A DNA stretch of 62,293 nt, filler included, from Hausera hauseri (taxonomy: Eukaryota): assembly GCA_046269625.1 (NCBI GenBank). It is 11 parts of 11 records of this genome, joined end to end, with 100 filler letters (N's around TTAATTAATTAA, not from the genome) between each part and the next. Parts side by side here need not be neighbours in the genome. Positions count along the whole stretch, not along the records: positions 33,125 to 38,062 come from JBJURY010385813.1; positions 38,163 to 42,448 come from JBJURY010656108.1; positions 42,549 to 51,619 come from JBJURY010467689.1; 8 more parts are not named here. The stretch is one strand, 5' to 3'. The notes below the pieces were generated by a model, which worked only from the letters and a program-made list of their open reading frames with translations, was not told where the DNA came from and did no database searches. The stretch's first letter is position 1. The number at the start of each line of letters is the position of its first letter. Positions 33,821 through 47,000 of the stretch are shown here, one piece after another. Position numbers and translations under genes: made by a program.

Positions 33821-36800
33821 TCAATGGAATGATAATTGGTTCAACAAATCACTACTGAACGATAGAACATTTGCAACACTATCGTGACGAATTTCTTCTT
33901 CAGTCAGTTCTACCGAATGCAATTTCGTAAGTTTATCCATGTCCTCCTTAAAGTCAAATTGAAACGAAACAAAATTGAAAGAAATTCGAACCGAGTTTAA
34001 CTTATCTAACTTCATCAATTCTGACCAAATTAATTCAATCAAAAACCCATATTCGACGTAAATGTTAGACGGCATCGGCTCGTACAAAACCTCCCTAAAC
34101 GGAGCATAGTATTCGTTGTGATGTCCACGTCAAATTACTTTAGTTTCCCCAGTTGCGATTCATGGTGAAATGCTAACAACTGTTCCACAAGACCTTCCCA
34201 AACGATAACACCGATCTTTGACAACGGAATGTTTCTGACAACACTTATTTTGTCGAATAGCATTAAGAGATGACTACATTTGAAATGACTATTACTCTGG
34301 TTTTTGTCAACGTAAGTTAGAACAGCATTGCGCGCAAAGTTGCGAATATCAATGGATTCATCGAAACAACAAACAGAAAGCAAAGAGAAAAGCGATTGTG
34401 GAGAACGACGGATTACATAACCGGAATGAGGACTAACCAATAACGCTTCCAGACATTTAATAGATGTCATTCTAACATGTTCGGTGACAGACGCATCAAG
34501 GCCAGAAATCAGCACGTCGATATAACATTGGAAACTGGTATCAGCTAACGGTAAAAGATCGCGTAAGAACATCCACGTGACTATTTGCAGAAACGAAAGT
34601 CGAACAACTTCAGGTGAAAATTCGTCGAGTTTTCTTAGCTGTTGTTGGAACAGATGACAACTTTGAGTGATTGATATAGATGGGAAAAATTGACAATGGA
34701 GAACAGACGCACCGAATTGGAGAACATATGGGGTATAATTAGAATCATATTCGCCCAATGATCGCTGGATGGTCGACAATAATGTTTCACAAATGTGTAG
34801 CTTTAACGAAGGAATGGAGAATGATTCGGTGTAGCTGGAACAAAGATGTTGCAGAACACAGAAATGATCACGATGCAGAAGAAACATGAGTACATCGTCA
34901 GAAATAGACTGTTGAAATTTAAGCAACACCGAAAGAATGGCGGACAATGCATTTAGTTTACCAATGTCTGCATTGCCTTTTAAACAGTTTCCGATGGAGA
35001 ACAGCAGTTGAGTTAAGGACAAAATGTGGTCATCATTCAGAAAGACAGGAGTTATGGACAAAAGGCTGAGAGCAGATTCAATAAGTAACCAACATGCTTT
35101 ACTTGACATGTAATGGCAATAATCCAGAATGTTCTGAGTAAGATTAGTTTGGTGAATCTCATTCAGAGTCAGCTTACGCAATACTAGTCTAAATAGATAC
35201 AATTCGCCGTGTTGTCGGTTACATGGAATAGACGCAATATAATGTACGGAAATGGTATCTCCGTGAACAATTTGCCAAAGTAACATGGAATTCCCAACAA
35301 CTGTCTCAAAGGCAACAACACCAACCGGAAGGCATTGGACGATACATTTGCAGACCAATCGACGAACGGTAGAAACTTGATTGCCGAGAAGTGGCCATAG
35401 AGCATCTAATAAGTGCGACATTCGGAAACCGGAAGGTAAATGTTTGTCATGGCTATAGTAGAGACAGGACATGAGAGTAAGTGTTGGAACTAGAACATGG
35501 TTCTGCATGAATAAATTTCCAGTGACACTTTGTCTGATGATACTCAAAATCGGATGCCATAATTGTGGATACAGGGAAAATAATTCGGAAAAAGATGAAT
35601 TCGTGTGAAGACCCTGTGTAACACATGCGATGCGAGACAAAATCGTTGTGAACAGTTGCAGAGCAGCATTCCGAATACCCCAATTTGTCGAGGAGAATTT
35701 GGATAAGGCAGTGAGAGTAATGTCACCGTAATATGGAAACAGCATATTGACCAATGACGGTTCTTTGCACATATTTCGAATGAGATTCAGATGGTGAATA
35801 ACCGGTGGATCACAACCGAGTTGCCAGCTATTCTCATCCATATTCTGTGACAAATCCAACAACATTTTCAGACACCTATCAACTAAATTAGCAGCTCCTA
35901 TCGAAATCGAACTGGACGTCAAAGCTGCCATCAAAACCAATGGTAAACCGGCACTACGTCTTGTTACGGAATAATTATCCCTTGCCGAGATTTCAATACA
36001 ATCGTTCAATGCAACTTCTGTCGGGGTAAGCCATTCGCCATGTTTTTCGTTCGCTTGTGCCAATTGCAAATACTTTTGCAAGCACAATCCGACGCTTTCT
36101 ATCGTACCCCGGTGACGACTTCCACCCATTATCTTCATCAGAAGGAGACCGATTTTACGAAATTCATTTTGCTGTCCGTGTCGAACAGACGCGTCGCACC
36201 AGCTGATTAAAATTGTTGCGATTAACTTTAACGTTTGCCAGGCCCAAGATAAGATGTGTTGAAATTGATGCATAACGGAATCATCGGCCTTTTTCGTTAC
36301 AGCATCACCATCGCATGATATTAATGAAGTTATGGTAATTCCGATTTTTTGGAAAGATGCTAGTCCATTATCCTCACAACCCATGATTTTCATGACCAGC
36401 TTAACTATGTTGAATGCAGCATCCGGGATTCTATTCGACAAAATATCAGTGTTGCCGTTTATTTGTTGCAAGATTATATTAAGAGCCGCCAACAAGCCAT
36501 GGCCAGGACGTTTGTAGACAATTTTCAGAACGTATTCAGGTTTCAATTGTGACAGTTCTTCAATGAACGACATGAGATATTCCATGACAGTTGAAGTTTG
36601 ATTAATCAAATAATTGCTAAACGACCGAGAGTAATGATTTGAACTCGTGGAAAAGTTGTTACCAATGATGAAGGAAAGATAAAATATAAGAGCCAGCAGA
36701 GTTCATATTCGGTTGATAACTATTGCTAAGACGTTCGGCTTCTGAAAACAGATAATCAACATCGAGGCTCGAATATGAAACCGAATGATTTCGAACGATC

Positions 36801-37090
36801 TGAATCGTTAAGTCATACAAGTCAGCTTGTATTTCGGATTTAGTCAAGATTATCGATTGGAGGAAGTTTTTAATAGCCGCTTCCGGAGTACTAAAATATT
36901 CGATACAACAATCGATACAACACTTTTTTCACTGAATCCAGTTGTTTTATCAATGGAAAAAGACGGTTTTAAAAACGATTCGTAAATTATCTTGATGATG
37001 TCAATTAAACAGCGTTGTCTTTGATAATTCAAAGAACAAGAAAACAATGGCTGACAGTACACAAAACGACAGAATGTTATTAACAATGCT
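33821..37090 (-). CDS. THADA: THADA / Trm732-like armadillo-repeat protein (DUF2428), spliced, 5' part unresolved
   Basis: SRHRG, SVTRRSAGLP, HHLNLIR, WGIRNAALQLF. GT-AG introns at 36617-36662 (46 nt) and 34095-34138 (44 nt) restore the frame between adjacent ORFs. Confidence 0.88.
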
Positions 37091-38162
37091 GAAAAATAAC
37101 ATGATTAATAATTTATATAATATTGACGACTCTGCACGGGGTCGCTGAATAATCAGACCTGTCCAAGAGCCGATGAAGTTCGATGTGTTTTCACGTTATC
37201 TCTCTAATCAGCATATCGCTTAAGCTTTCACACTTTTAGGTATCGGACTATCCGACTTATACGGAGTTGAATGTAGAAGTTAATTTTAAATGAAATATTT
37301 TTCCTTGGTCATTTTTGTCAACTGTGATTAGGACAACAATTATATATGCTTTGTAACAAAGCTAAGAATATGCAACATTGACTTCTAATTGTTACGTCAT
37401 TTACACTTCTTCAATTTCCCCCTATCAGACAGACGAAAAATTTGAAATTTCATAAAGTTTTCGTTTCCCTTTCCAATCAATATTTTACTAAATTCGAATT
37501 TCTAGTTTGTCATTCACATTATGTCAAAGTACAACGTAATCGTCCAATTATCAGTCTCACCTCACTAATATTTGAATAAGTGCAAAATGACGTTACTTAA
37601 TCTTAGTTTTGCTTGCAAAAATATTTTTTCGTATTGTTAACAAGCATAAAATTCATTACTCAATATTCTGGAATTTCAAGATAAGAACAAAAATAATTAT
37701 GAAACAGAAACCCATCAAAATCAATGTTTTGAACGAATGTTTGTTATGGAATCGCCAAAATAATGTAGATGTCAATTAATTTATATACTTTAAGTGCTAT
37801 ATAGAGTTCAATATTTTTACACACACACACACACACATTCAAGTTGCTATTGGCTGATTCTAAAAATAAGTTCCCCCCCAACACACTGAAAAGTAAACAA
37901 TGCTAATAGTAAATGAATAAACGCTGTTGCTCATTTAACATACTTATTAACTCAATTGATGTCAGATAGGGTTAATCGAAATCACCTTTAATCATTTAAA
38001 AAATGTTACAAACAGATTTACCGATATTTTTAAATCTTAAACTTTCTAATACCGTCGAAGCTNNNNNNNNNNNNNNNNNNNNNNNNNNNNNNNNNNNNNN
38101 NNNNNNTTAATTAATTAANNNNNNNNNNNNNNNNNNNNNNNNNNNNNNNNNNNNNNNNNNNN

Positions 38163-38509
38163 ACTAATGTCATAGTTGGTTGTTCAATAATGTTCAGATA
38201 CACGATCACTCCTTCTATCATATAATACTCAATGTCTTCGTAACAATATGGGCATAATTGGTATGTTTCGACATGGCTTTTGATGCACTCCTTACAAAAT
38301 GTGTGCTTACAAGAAAGCTCCACTATGTCATCGGATATCAGTTGATAGCATAACCAGCATAAGACGTATGCTTTCCTACAGCACGGGCAAGTATTCTGTA
38401 CCATCATCCAAGTATCGATGCAAGGGGTGCAGTACTCGTGTCTGCAAGGTAATATTGTTTTTTGGGTTGCTATTTCTTCTAAGCAGATAGGGCATTTTTC
38501 GATTTCCAT
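38163..38509 (-). CDS. Double RING-HC finger protein (3'-truncated by contig end)
   Basis: CPICLEE..LPCRHEYCTPC..W..CPCCR and CWLC..LSCKHTFCKEC..CPYC. Confidence 0.88.
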
Positions 38510-38659
38510 TCCGTCCTCATTTCCGCTTCCATTTCTGTTTCCATTTCCTTAAACGATAATAGTTTATTCCAATTATATTCTATATTCATTTACTAATGGT
38601 AATTCCTTCCAATTAATAAAACAACTTTTATATACTAAAATTTATTAGATTATAACTAT

Positions 38660-38927
38660 TCACAGATCAACGATTCCTGTTAATTTTCTAATTTCCTGTA
38701 TATCGACGTCTGACAAGGCACATATAGGACATAACAAAAAACACCCATCGTCCATGGTCATCATGTCTAATTTTGTGTCCTGTCCACAATAGGCGCATAT
38801 GAATGAGTCTTCTATTTGGTCCAATCTCCTGATAAAATCGCACAATGGGCATTGGATTCCTTCGTTTTGATCTCCATTGATCTTCTGACATATGATACAC
38901 TCTTAATATGTCCCATATTAATACCAT
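38660..38927 (-). CDS. 75-aa protein with three CxxC pairs; ATG-only first exon and 40-nt intron
   Basis: ATG|GTATTA...TCAG| (intron 38885-38924) gives MKINGDQNEGIQCPLC..CAYC..CPIC in frame to the stop at 38660. Confidence 0.6.
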
Positions 38928-39003
38928 TAACTCTAATCCTCATCAATTAAATATCCCTTGGTCAAGTTGAAGACAACTTTTATATTAAGGTTTATTATAA
39001 TCA

Positions 39004-39314
39004 TCAGATGGGCATATAAACCAGTCCATTGGGCCCAAATACATATAGATCATGCTGATCCCCTGGTACCGGATTCTCATCCCCCTCTGTTTCACTTTCT
39101 TCTTCGTCTTCTTTGTCGTCTGGAATTACCACTACTGTGGCTCCTCGACACTGATACGAACTTATCTTCCTCCGGCAAAAGGGGCACGTCTGGCTCTTCG
39201 ATAGCCAACGATCTGCACATTTAACACACATAATGTGTGTGCACCGAAAAAGTGCATAATGGCGTCCCAGTAATCCGAAGCAAATTTCGCATTTCACTGG
39301 TCCGTATTTGCTAT
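39004..39314 (-). CDS. RING-HC finger protein with acidic tail (start exon unresolved)
   Basis: CEIC..CTHIMCVKC..W..CPFCR followed by DDKEDEEESETEGDE. Confidence 0.85.
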
Positions 39315-42300
39315 CTGAATTTCAAAATCTAGGTAAAATTTTCCTAAAATTATCAATTATCATTTTAGTCGTAATCCTTCTTGTATAGTCCAAGGGTGTC
39401 CTCACTCGGGGCACCAGTTTATATGTTGGTGGTACAGGGGTTATTTAACCTTAGATCGTACCTAACATATAAAATTAATTTCTTATTCAAGAAACCGTTC
39501 TTATAAACACTGGCTTATAATCTAATTGAGTTTCTACTATTAGATAAACCTGTCTCATTATCTGAGGGGTACGTGAGTCTTCATATCTTCAATGGTCTTT
39601 AACGATAACATCGATTGAATTATAACTAATTACAAGGAATATTTGATATCTATCTTCTTACGCACGGATATTTGCAAACTATATCTATTTTTACGCTCTA
39701 TGATTTTGTACAATCAGCATGATTGCGTTTGGCATCAAGGCTTATCTTTCCGAAAACTAAATCTTTCCAAAAACTAAATGTATTCCGATTCTGAACTACC
39801 CAAATATTCGATAAGTTACATTCATAGTTTAATCTTTCTTCTATAATAATACATCTGTGTATCCATGAACATCCTAATACTCCATTAGTTATCATGACCT
39901 TCTATTTGTCATCGTTCCTTTCTCAATTTATAGTCTATTTTTCCAATTCAGTATGCACTTCTAGGTACTCATCTGTCATTATTGTATGGATGCAATTATA
40001 AATTAACTATTATTATAAGTCGTCGAAAGGGAAATATGATATTTAAGTGTTCATACATATGATCGAAACGAATACAGATAGACTTATTAAATAATACTAT
40101 GAGTTGATAAAAGTGCGAATGTAGTTCTCCATTTGTCATGATTCCATTCTTAATTTATCATAATCCTCTCAACGATTCGATTATGAAGGAGTCTATGGAA
40201 CATTAAATATCACTGTCAGTCAATAAAGAGTAAATATAATAATTTAAATATTTATGTACGCGAATAGAGTAATGATCAATGGATCTATTTAATACTAACT
40301 AGAAACATCAGTTATACAAAGGGGTGGATGCGATAATCTAAATATTTATATATGTGGAATTAATACAAATATGCACGATTCCGATTAAATAATACTTAAT
40401 CAAGCTTTTCATCGTACAATTTCCATAAAACTGTAATACATAAACTTTATCTCGGAAGTTTAACCCACTGTTAACGTCATAACGAACAACTGTAATTTTT
40501 CAATTTACTTCAGGGAACTAACCTTATCCATAAACCCGACACAGGGTATTCTTCAAAATGTCGTGGTTTATATATAATCCATATAGTTATTGTTATAATT
40601 CAGCTTACTTATTATCATGCACTCAAATCCAGTTCTTCTCTCATGTTCAGCAGTAAACAATCAGATATGCTGTTGCACACTGATCCGGATTTCCAACAAT
40701 GTCGCCCTGACAAATAACACAATTGCTAGTTGAACTTTTTTATACGTCATTCTATAATTTTACATACTCTCACCTTTGCATTTTGCATTACGCTGGATCC
40801 TTCAAAATTTAGTCAATCATGATTTTATTTTACAAAGAATTACTCATCTCTCTTTCTCTAACGGCACCATTTTCCATGGTATATACACCATCATTACTCA
40901 ACTATCGAAGGTTGTTCATAATAATTTGCTCAATTTACTATTATCTTTAGTTTCACAATTACATACACTTGATTTTATCAAGGACAAGACACAAAATCAA
41001 CTAGTCAAGGTTTTCTATCATCCATCATTAGTGAAAAAACTAAATTATAGCTTATTTGTATCATGGCCGATAACAAAATACTTCATTATCTTTCGCGTTT
41101 CAGTAATAAAAATAATTATATACACATTGAGACATTATGCTAAACAAATAATGATTTAATTGTTTACTATCATACTAATCAACTAGAACAATTGATTCAC
41201 AATCCCCTCCATGGAAATATCATAAACCGGCAAGGATTCATTATTCATAATTTTCTTTGTATCAGCTGTTCAGATGGGAAGCGTATTCATCATCGAGGAA
41301 CGTGATCATATTCCACTGACTGTCTTTTAATCCACCCGGGCATTTAACCGATGACTTCGCATTTTCGTATCAAAATCAACTAATTTGGATCATATTCTCA
41401 TTGGGAAGAATGTTATAGACATCTAAATTACTCACTTACGTTCGTTCGTCTCATCGATATAAGACCTTCCAAATAACGTTTTTATTTCATTGATTAAATT
41501 ATATATAAAGCACAAATTTACAATTTAACGAATTAAACGAACGGCTAGATAGCAACTTATGAATATATATAATAAATTATATACCCAGAGAATCTCCTGA
41601 TTGAGCCAGATCATTAACATCTCGTGTAGCCATTATTTGTATACTGATTTCTGTGTTTTTGTTTAACCAAATTCGTAATCGATATTATTCTGTAATCTTC
41701 AACGTTTGGATAGCTTATGATGTTCCCAGATATTTTGATTTCTGTAATATTTAGCGATACCTGTTTTCAAATTATTCCAATAATTTGATTAACCGAAAAC
41801 CTACTTATCGGTTTCCTCTGAATTCGATATACTTCACTTCAGTTAAGACTAAAATTTCAGTTTGTGTAATGTGTGTTATGTGTGATGAATGTCGTTGGTT
41901 TTTATACCAACCCTTTCTGTCAATCTTTTTTCAAATTTGTTTTCTAATATCCGTCTGTCACTCATTGATGGTTTTTTAAATTTGTTTGCTATTGATTCTA
42001 TGTATTTCTACAATCAATTTTAACATCTGGTCTTGGTTCTTTAATTGACATTTCTAAATTCAACATGTGTCTTGAATCCATAATTCTATGATTGGCGTTT
42101 TCTAATATTCGTCGATTCTATGATTGAAGTTTTCTAATATTCGTCGATGATCGACGTGTACTTCAATTTTTAAATTTCAAATGGTTGATATTGCGTTTTT
42201 CTAAATTTCAAATGTTTGGCATGTACTTCAATTTTCAGAGAATTTCAAATGATTGGCATGGTTTATAGATTTCAAATAATTTGTATTTTCTCAATTTATA

Positions 42301-42548
42301 CTTTAACAATAATGGCTTTAAAATATTATTCTATTTCTCACCAGTTGCTTCTATGCCGTTATGTGGATAACAATCATATATACATGGTATCAGTATAATA
42401 ATAGTTGATCACCCATCAGTGGGTTGTACAAGAAAACAGAAGGAAAAGNNNNNNNNNNNNNNNNNNNNNNNNNNNNNNNNNNNNNNNNNNNNTTAATTAA
42501 TTAANNNNNNNNNNNNNNNNNNNNNNNNNNNNNNNNNNNNNNNNNNNN

Positions 42549-44050
42549 TCTGAGGTCCTTCAGCGACTCTAAAAGTCTCATTCTGCACATGAGAGCTGCA
42601 CATTCTGTTCTTTTCTGCTGTTCAACGCTCGATGGTTCACCTTCCGTGTTTACGACTATTAGACCTCCTCCGGAACCGCCTCCTAATGAAAAGAGTTCAA
42701 GACCAAATTTGGCGGTTCTTCATGGCAACGGGAGCAATACATCAGTAGGATATTCACGCGATGAGAAGGGGCGCTTTCTGTGCCCTGTTTGCGCAACAAC
42801 TTACTCAACAAAAGGTTGGGTGACTCGCCACATGAAAGCTTCTCACACTACAGAATATGAGGCGAGGCTTAGAGAACAAGCCAGGCTAGACAACAACACT
42901 AATAAGAGAGGCAGGGAGACTAATACAGCTACAGTATCCGATTGCGAGAGCAATCAACCGTCCCGTCATCCCTGCCGGTCCTTCACTCAAGTTGTCACGC
43001 CCGCTCAACCATCCACTCCTGCGTTGTTGAGTGGATCTCAATCTAACGTGAATGTACCTGTTTTGGCTAGGCCAGTTGCAAGAGAAACTCAGAGGCCTTT
43101 TCCTTGCCCTCAGTGCGAGAAGGGTTACACACACAAATCGTCATTAAATAGACATATGAAAGCTACCCACGCATCTGAGACAACACATAGTAATACCACA
43201 AGGCCACGCTCTAGTTCTTGCTCTGTAGACCCAGACGCCCCTCAACCTCCTAACAAAATGATTTGCATTGATGTCACTCCTATTTCACAAGCCTCCGCCG
43301 AGAACGCAACTTCATTTCGCTGCACCGTTTGTGATAATAGGTATACGGCATGGTCTAGTCTTGTAAGACACATGAGATCGAAACATCCTGGAGTTACTAT
43401 TATTGATCAACGTCCAGGGAAAAATACTACTGTACCAACTCCTGTGTCGATGCTTGTCTGTGAGACCTGTCAAAGGACCTTCACATATAAACAGCACCTC
43501 ACCAGACATAAGATGAGCTGCCACGCTCAAATACGACCCTCAACTGTCACTGCAAATCATGACTGTGAAGAAACCGCAGAACATCTGTTATTATGCCCAG
43601 GACTTCTGGAACGTCGAATAGAATATAACATAGAAGGCGTACAAATATCTGAAGTAGCACATACCCATAGACTTGCGAAATTTCTTTTAACAATTTTTTC
43701 TTAGTTTTATATTTTACTTGGTTTATTTAGTTCATAATTTTGCTTATTCCTACAAGACCGGCGTGCTGTTAGTAGATTACAGATTGGAGCCAAGAGCCCA
43801 TTTCTCCATGTCAGTCCCATTATCTTCATGCTGTGTTCCCGGAGTGTTTTTCTCTTTTTTGTTTTTTAGTTTATTGTTTTCAGTGCTACGTCGAATTTGA
43901 CAGGGGCTTTGTTTTTACATAAGATGGGTGGAGATGAGTGTGAAACTCCACTGCTAACTGAGGTTGCTTTGGACGTCGCCTTGGTGTAATAGGGCAAATG
44001 TCATGTGAATCATAACTGCGCGTGCTAGAAAAAGCACGAAAAAAAAAAAA
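42549..44050 (+). mobile_element. 3' end of an ingi/L1Tc-like non-LTR retroposon (C2H2 fingers, 3' UTR, poly(A))
   Basis: Four complete plus one partial C2H2 fingers and terminal CEETAEHLLLCP, homologous to the C-terminus of the 1811-aa ORF. Poly(A) at 44039-44050. Confidence 0.9.
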
Positions 44051-47000
44051 ATGATGCCCCCGGGAATGCCGGCCACCTTGTCGTGGTCCCGGGGCTCAGT
44101 ACCCTCACAAAGGGGAAGCCAAGTGCCTGCACACTTCCATTGGTGGAAGATGTGTTGGCAGGCTGGAGCGGTAACTAGCGCAGGAACTCAGTTTTTATGG
44201 CGGAGACAGCTAGCGCCGAGTCAGGAGTTGAGAGAGTTCCGATGCACGTGTGAGCGTGCTATTATATTAATAATTATTTTTAGTCTATTACAATGCGGCG
44301 ATATTGAGGAAAACCCGGGTCCATCTCTACGAGGAGCACAGTGGAATGCTGCAGGTTTGACGAGAGCCAAGCGTTTATCCTTGGCTAGGTTCTTGAACCA
44401 GCACGAAATCTCATTCTGCTTACTCTGTGAAACGAAAATGACCGTGAACGAAGTAAACTGTTTTGCGCTTGATGGATATCAACATGTTGGCATGGCAAGA
44501 AATTGTCAGGGAGGTGGAGTCTCGATACTTGTTCGTGACGACATTCGTGTGTTAACTGGTTCAGCTGTGATACAGGCACACGAGTACGTTAATGCAACTC
44601 TTTATATAGGTGACTTGCCCCTCTCAATTACATCTGCTTACTTTGCCAAAAGAAACTATGTAAACGAAGTCCGACTAAATGACCTCATTAACTCTGGTCC
44701 TCATATTATTGGTGCTGACTGCAACGTTCACCATCCACTGTGGGACACCAAAGCTCTCCCAGATGCGGGAGGCGAGATCCTAGTTGATTGGTGTTGTAGT
44801 AACCAGTATATGATTGCGAATGATGGCTCAGGTACGCGAAGAAACATTGTTACCGGGGCTTGGTCCACACCAGACATCACCATGGGTAAAGAGTGCGAGA
44901 TCTCAAACTGGCGATCGATTTTTAGCGCAGACAGTGACCACAACTTCATCGTTTTTGATTCAATATTCGGTCACGATGATCTACCAATTCCTCATTACAA
45001 ACCTGGAAAGCCGCTTTTTTCATGGAGCAAGGCAGATTGGAACTGCTTTAGCCGTAGTTTAGCGGGAGAAATGAAGAACATTGCGAGGAAGAAAGAAAAA
45101 TTACAACCACTCATCAAGTCGGTTAAAGAAAGGGAGAAAAAACCGAAATCACATCCTGTTACAGGTGGAAAGAAGGCCAGACGATCCATTGTTGCAGATA
45201 ACATTAAGACGTTAACAAAGAAAAAGATTGTCTTGCCTAAGCGTCCTTTGAGATTTCGGTTGGGGAAACATCACCAACTCAGTACTGATCACAGACCTCA
45301 GAAAGGTAAACATGTTTCCAAAATGTCCCTAAACCGCATAATGAGGGGTCATACAGTGTCCTCCATTGCTAAGGCCTTTAGTACTGCCGTTAATAAAGCT
45401 ATGGTGAAAGCTGTTCCAAGAGGTGCTAGAACAGCCTCCATATTTTGGTCAAAGGAACTAAAAGATCTTGACCTACAGATTGAGCGTGAAGTGAGCATCA
45501 AAAGACGACAGACATTAATCACTTCAAGACGACAACTTTTAAATGAAGTAGTGACAAGTAGATGGAAGAAGAATTGCTCGTCAATGACATCAAATAATAG
45601 AATGAGTTGGCGCACGATTGCTGCTATTAAAAAACCGCGTACTCTTAAGACGCCAGCAGTTGTGGTCAACAATGTAACTTTAAGTCATCGACAGCATGCT
45701 ACGCGCCTTCTGCGTTTGTTTCAGCGCAAGTCTACTAGAGCGTCACATGCCCCGGTACTACGCCGACAACCTGGTGGCTCGGACTTTGTCCCAATTATTA
45801 TGACAGAACTAAGAGAAGCATTGTCCGAATTGACAACTGGCACGGCCCCTGGTCCTGACGGAGTTCATCCTGAGAGTTTGAAGGCTCTGAATTCTTTTAG
45901 TTTAAAACTGCTCCTTAAGATTTATAACAAGAGTCTGCGGAGCGGTGTTGTTCCCCAACAATGGAAAGAGGGAGTTATTATTCCATTACTGAAGCCAGGC
46001 TTGCCGGCAACGGAGTTAACCTCCTTCAGACCAATAACCCTCACAAGCAACATCTGTAAAGTCATGGAACGGATAATTGTTGCGCGGCTTAGAGAACATA
46101 TTGAACCGAAATTAAGTCATGCACAATCGGGCTTTCGCCCTGGATGTTCTACAGCGGATCAGATGGCACATTTGCAATTTCTTTTGTTGAGGCGACAAGC
46201 GGCTGAGAGAACTGGCGCGGTCTTCATCGACTACGCTCGAGCCTTTGACTCAGTGGATTTTAGTAAAATTATTCAGGAACTCCAATACTTTAATGTCCCC
46301 TTGTACCTGATTCGTTGGGTAGGGGATTTTCTGAGTAATAGGATTACTAGGGTTCGTGTCAAGTCAAAGTTGTCACCGGCAGCCACATTCACATGTGGTG
46401 TGCCACAAGGGTCGGTCTTGGGTCCCTTTCTTTTTATAGTAGTTATTGACTCGCTTAGCAGGCGCTTGAACACTGTTAATGGACTGGATCATGGACTCTT
46501 TGCAGATGATCTTACGATACTATGTCGTAACACGTCCAGAGACTGTATTCAAGATATACTACAACAGGGCCTGCAAGTCATTGAAGATTGGTCCCGAGAG
46601 TACTTTATGGAAGTCAATCCTGCGAAGACGAAATATACGTTATTTAATAGTAAGAGAGCAGATCCTATGCATCTGACGTATGCAGGACATACGATTATGG
46701 AAGATAGGCAACCCAAGTTGCTCGGATTAACTGTTCAGATATATGGCGGCGCTAGTAAGCATGTGGATAACATGGCTGCCATTTGCCACAAACAGTTGCA
46801 AAAATTAGTTGCGATATCCGGGCGGACATGGGGACCAAAGCGTGATGTCTTACGTACGTTCTATATTGCTCTCATTCGCAGTCGACTTCTGTATGGCGTG
46901 GAAGCGTGGTGGCCCCAGATATCAAAAACGGCAGCAAACAAGTTGGAAGTAATACAAGGAAAAGCTGCTAGATTAATAGCAGGTATCCCGGGCCCTACAG

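Noticed and set aside
39600-42448. Possible decayed viral gene(s) upstream of the RING cassette
   Set aside because: Only short stop-riddled frames; I recognised no motif. Needs a frameshift-aware search.
44051-44056. ATG at 44051 as the retroposon start codon
   Set aside because: It lies upstream of the predicted ribozyme cleavage site, so it would be absent from unit-length RNA.
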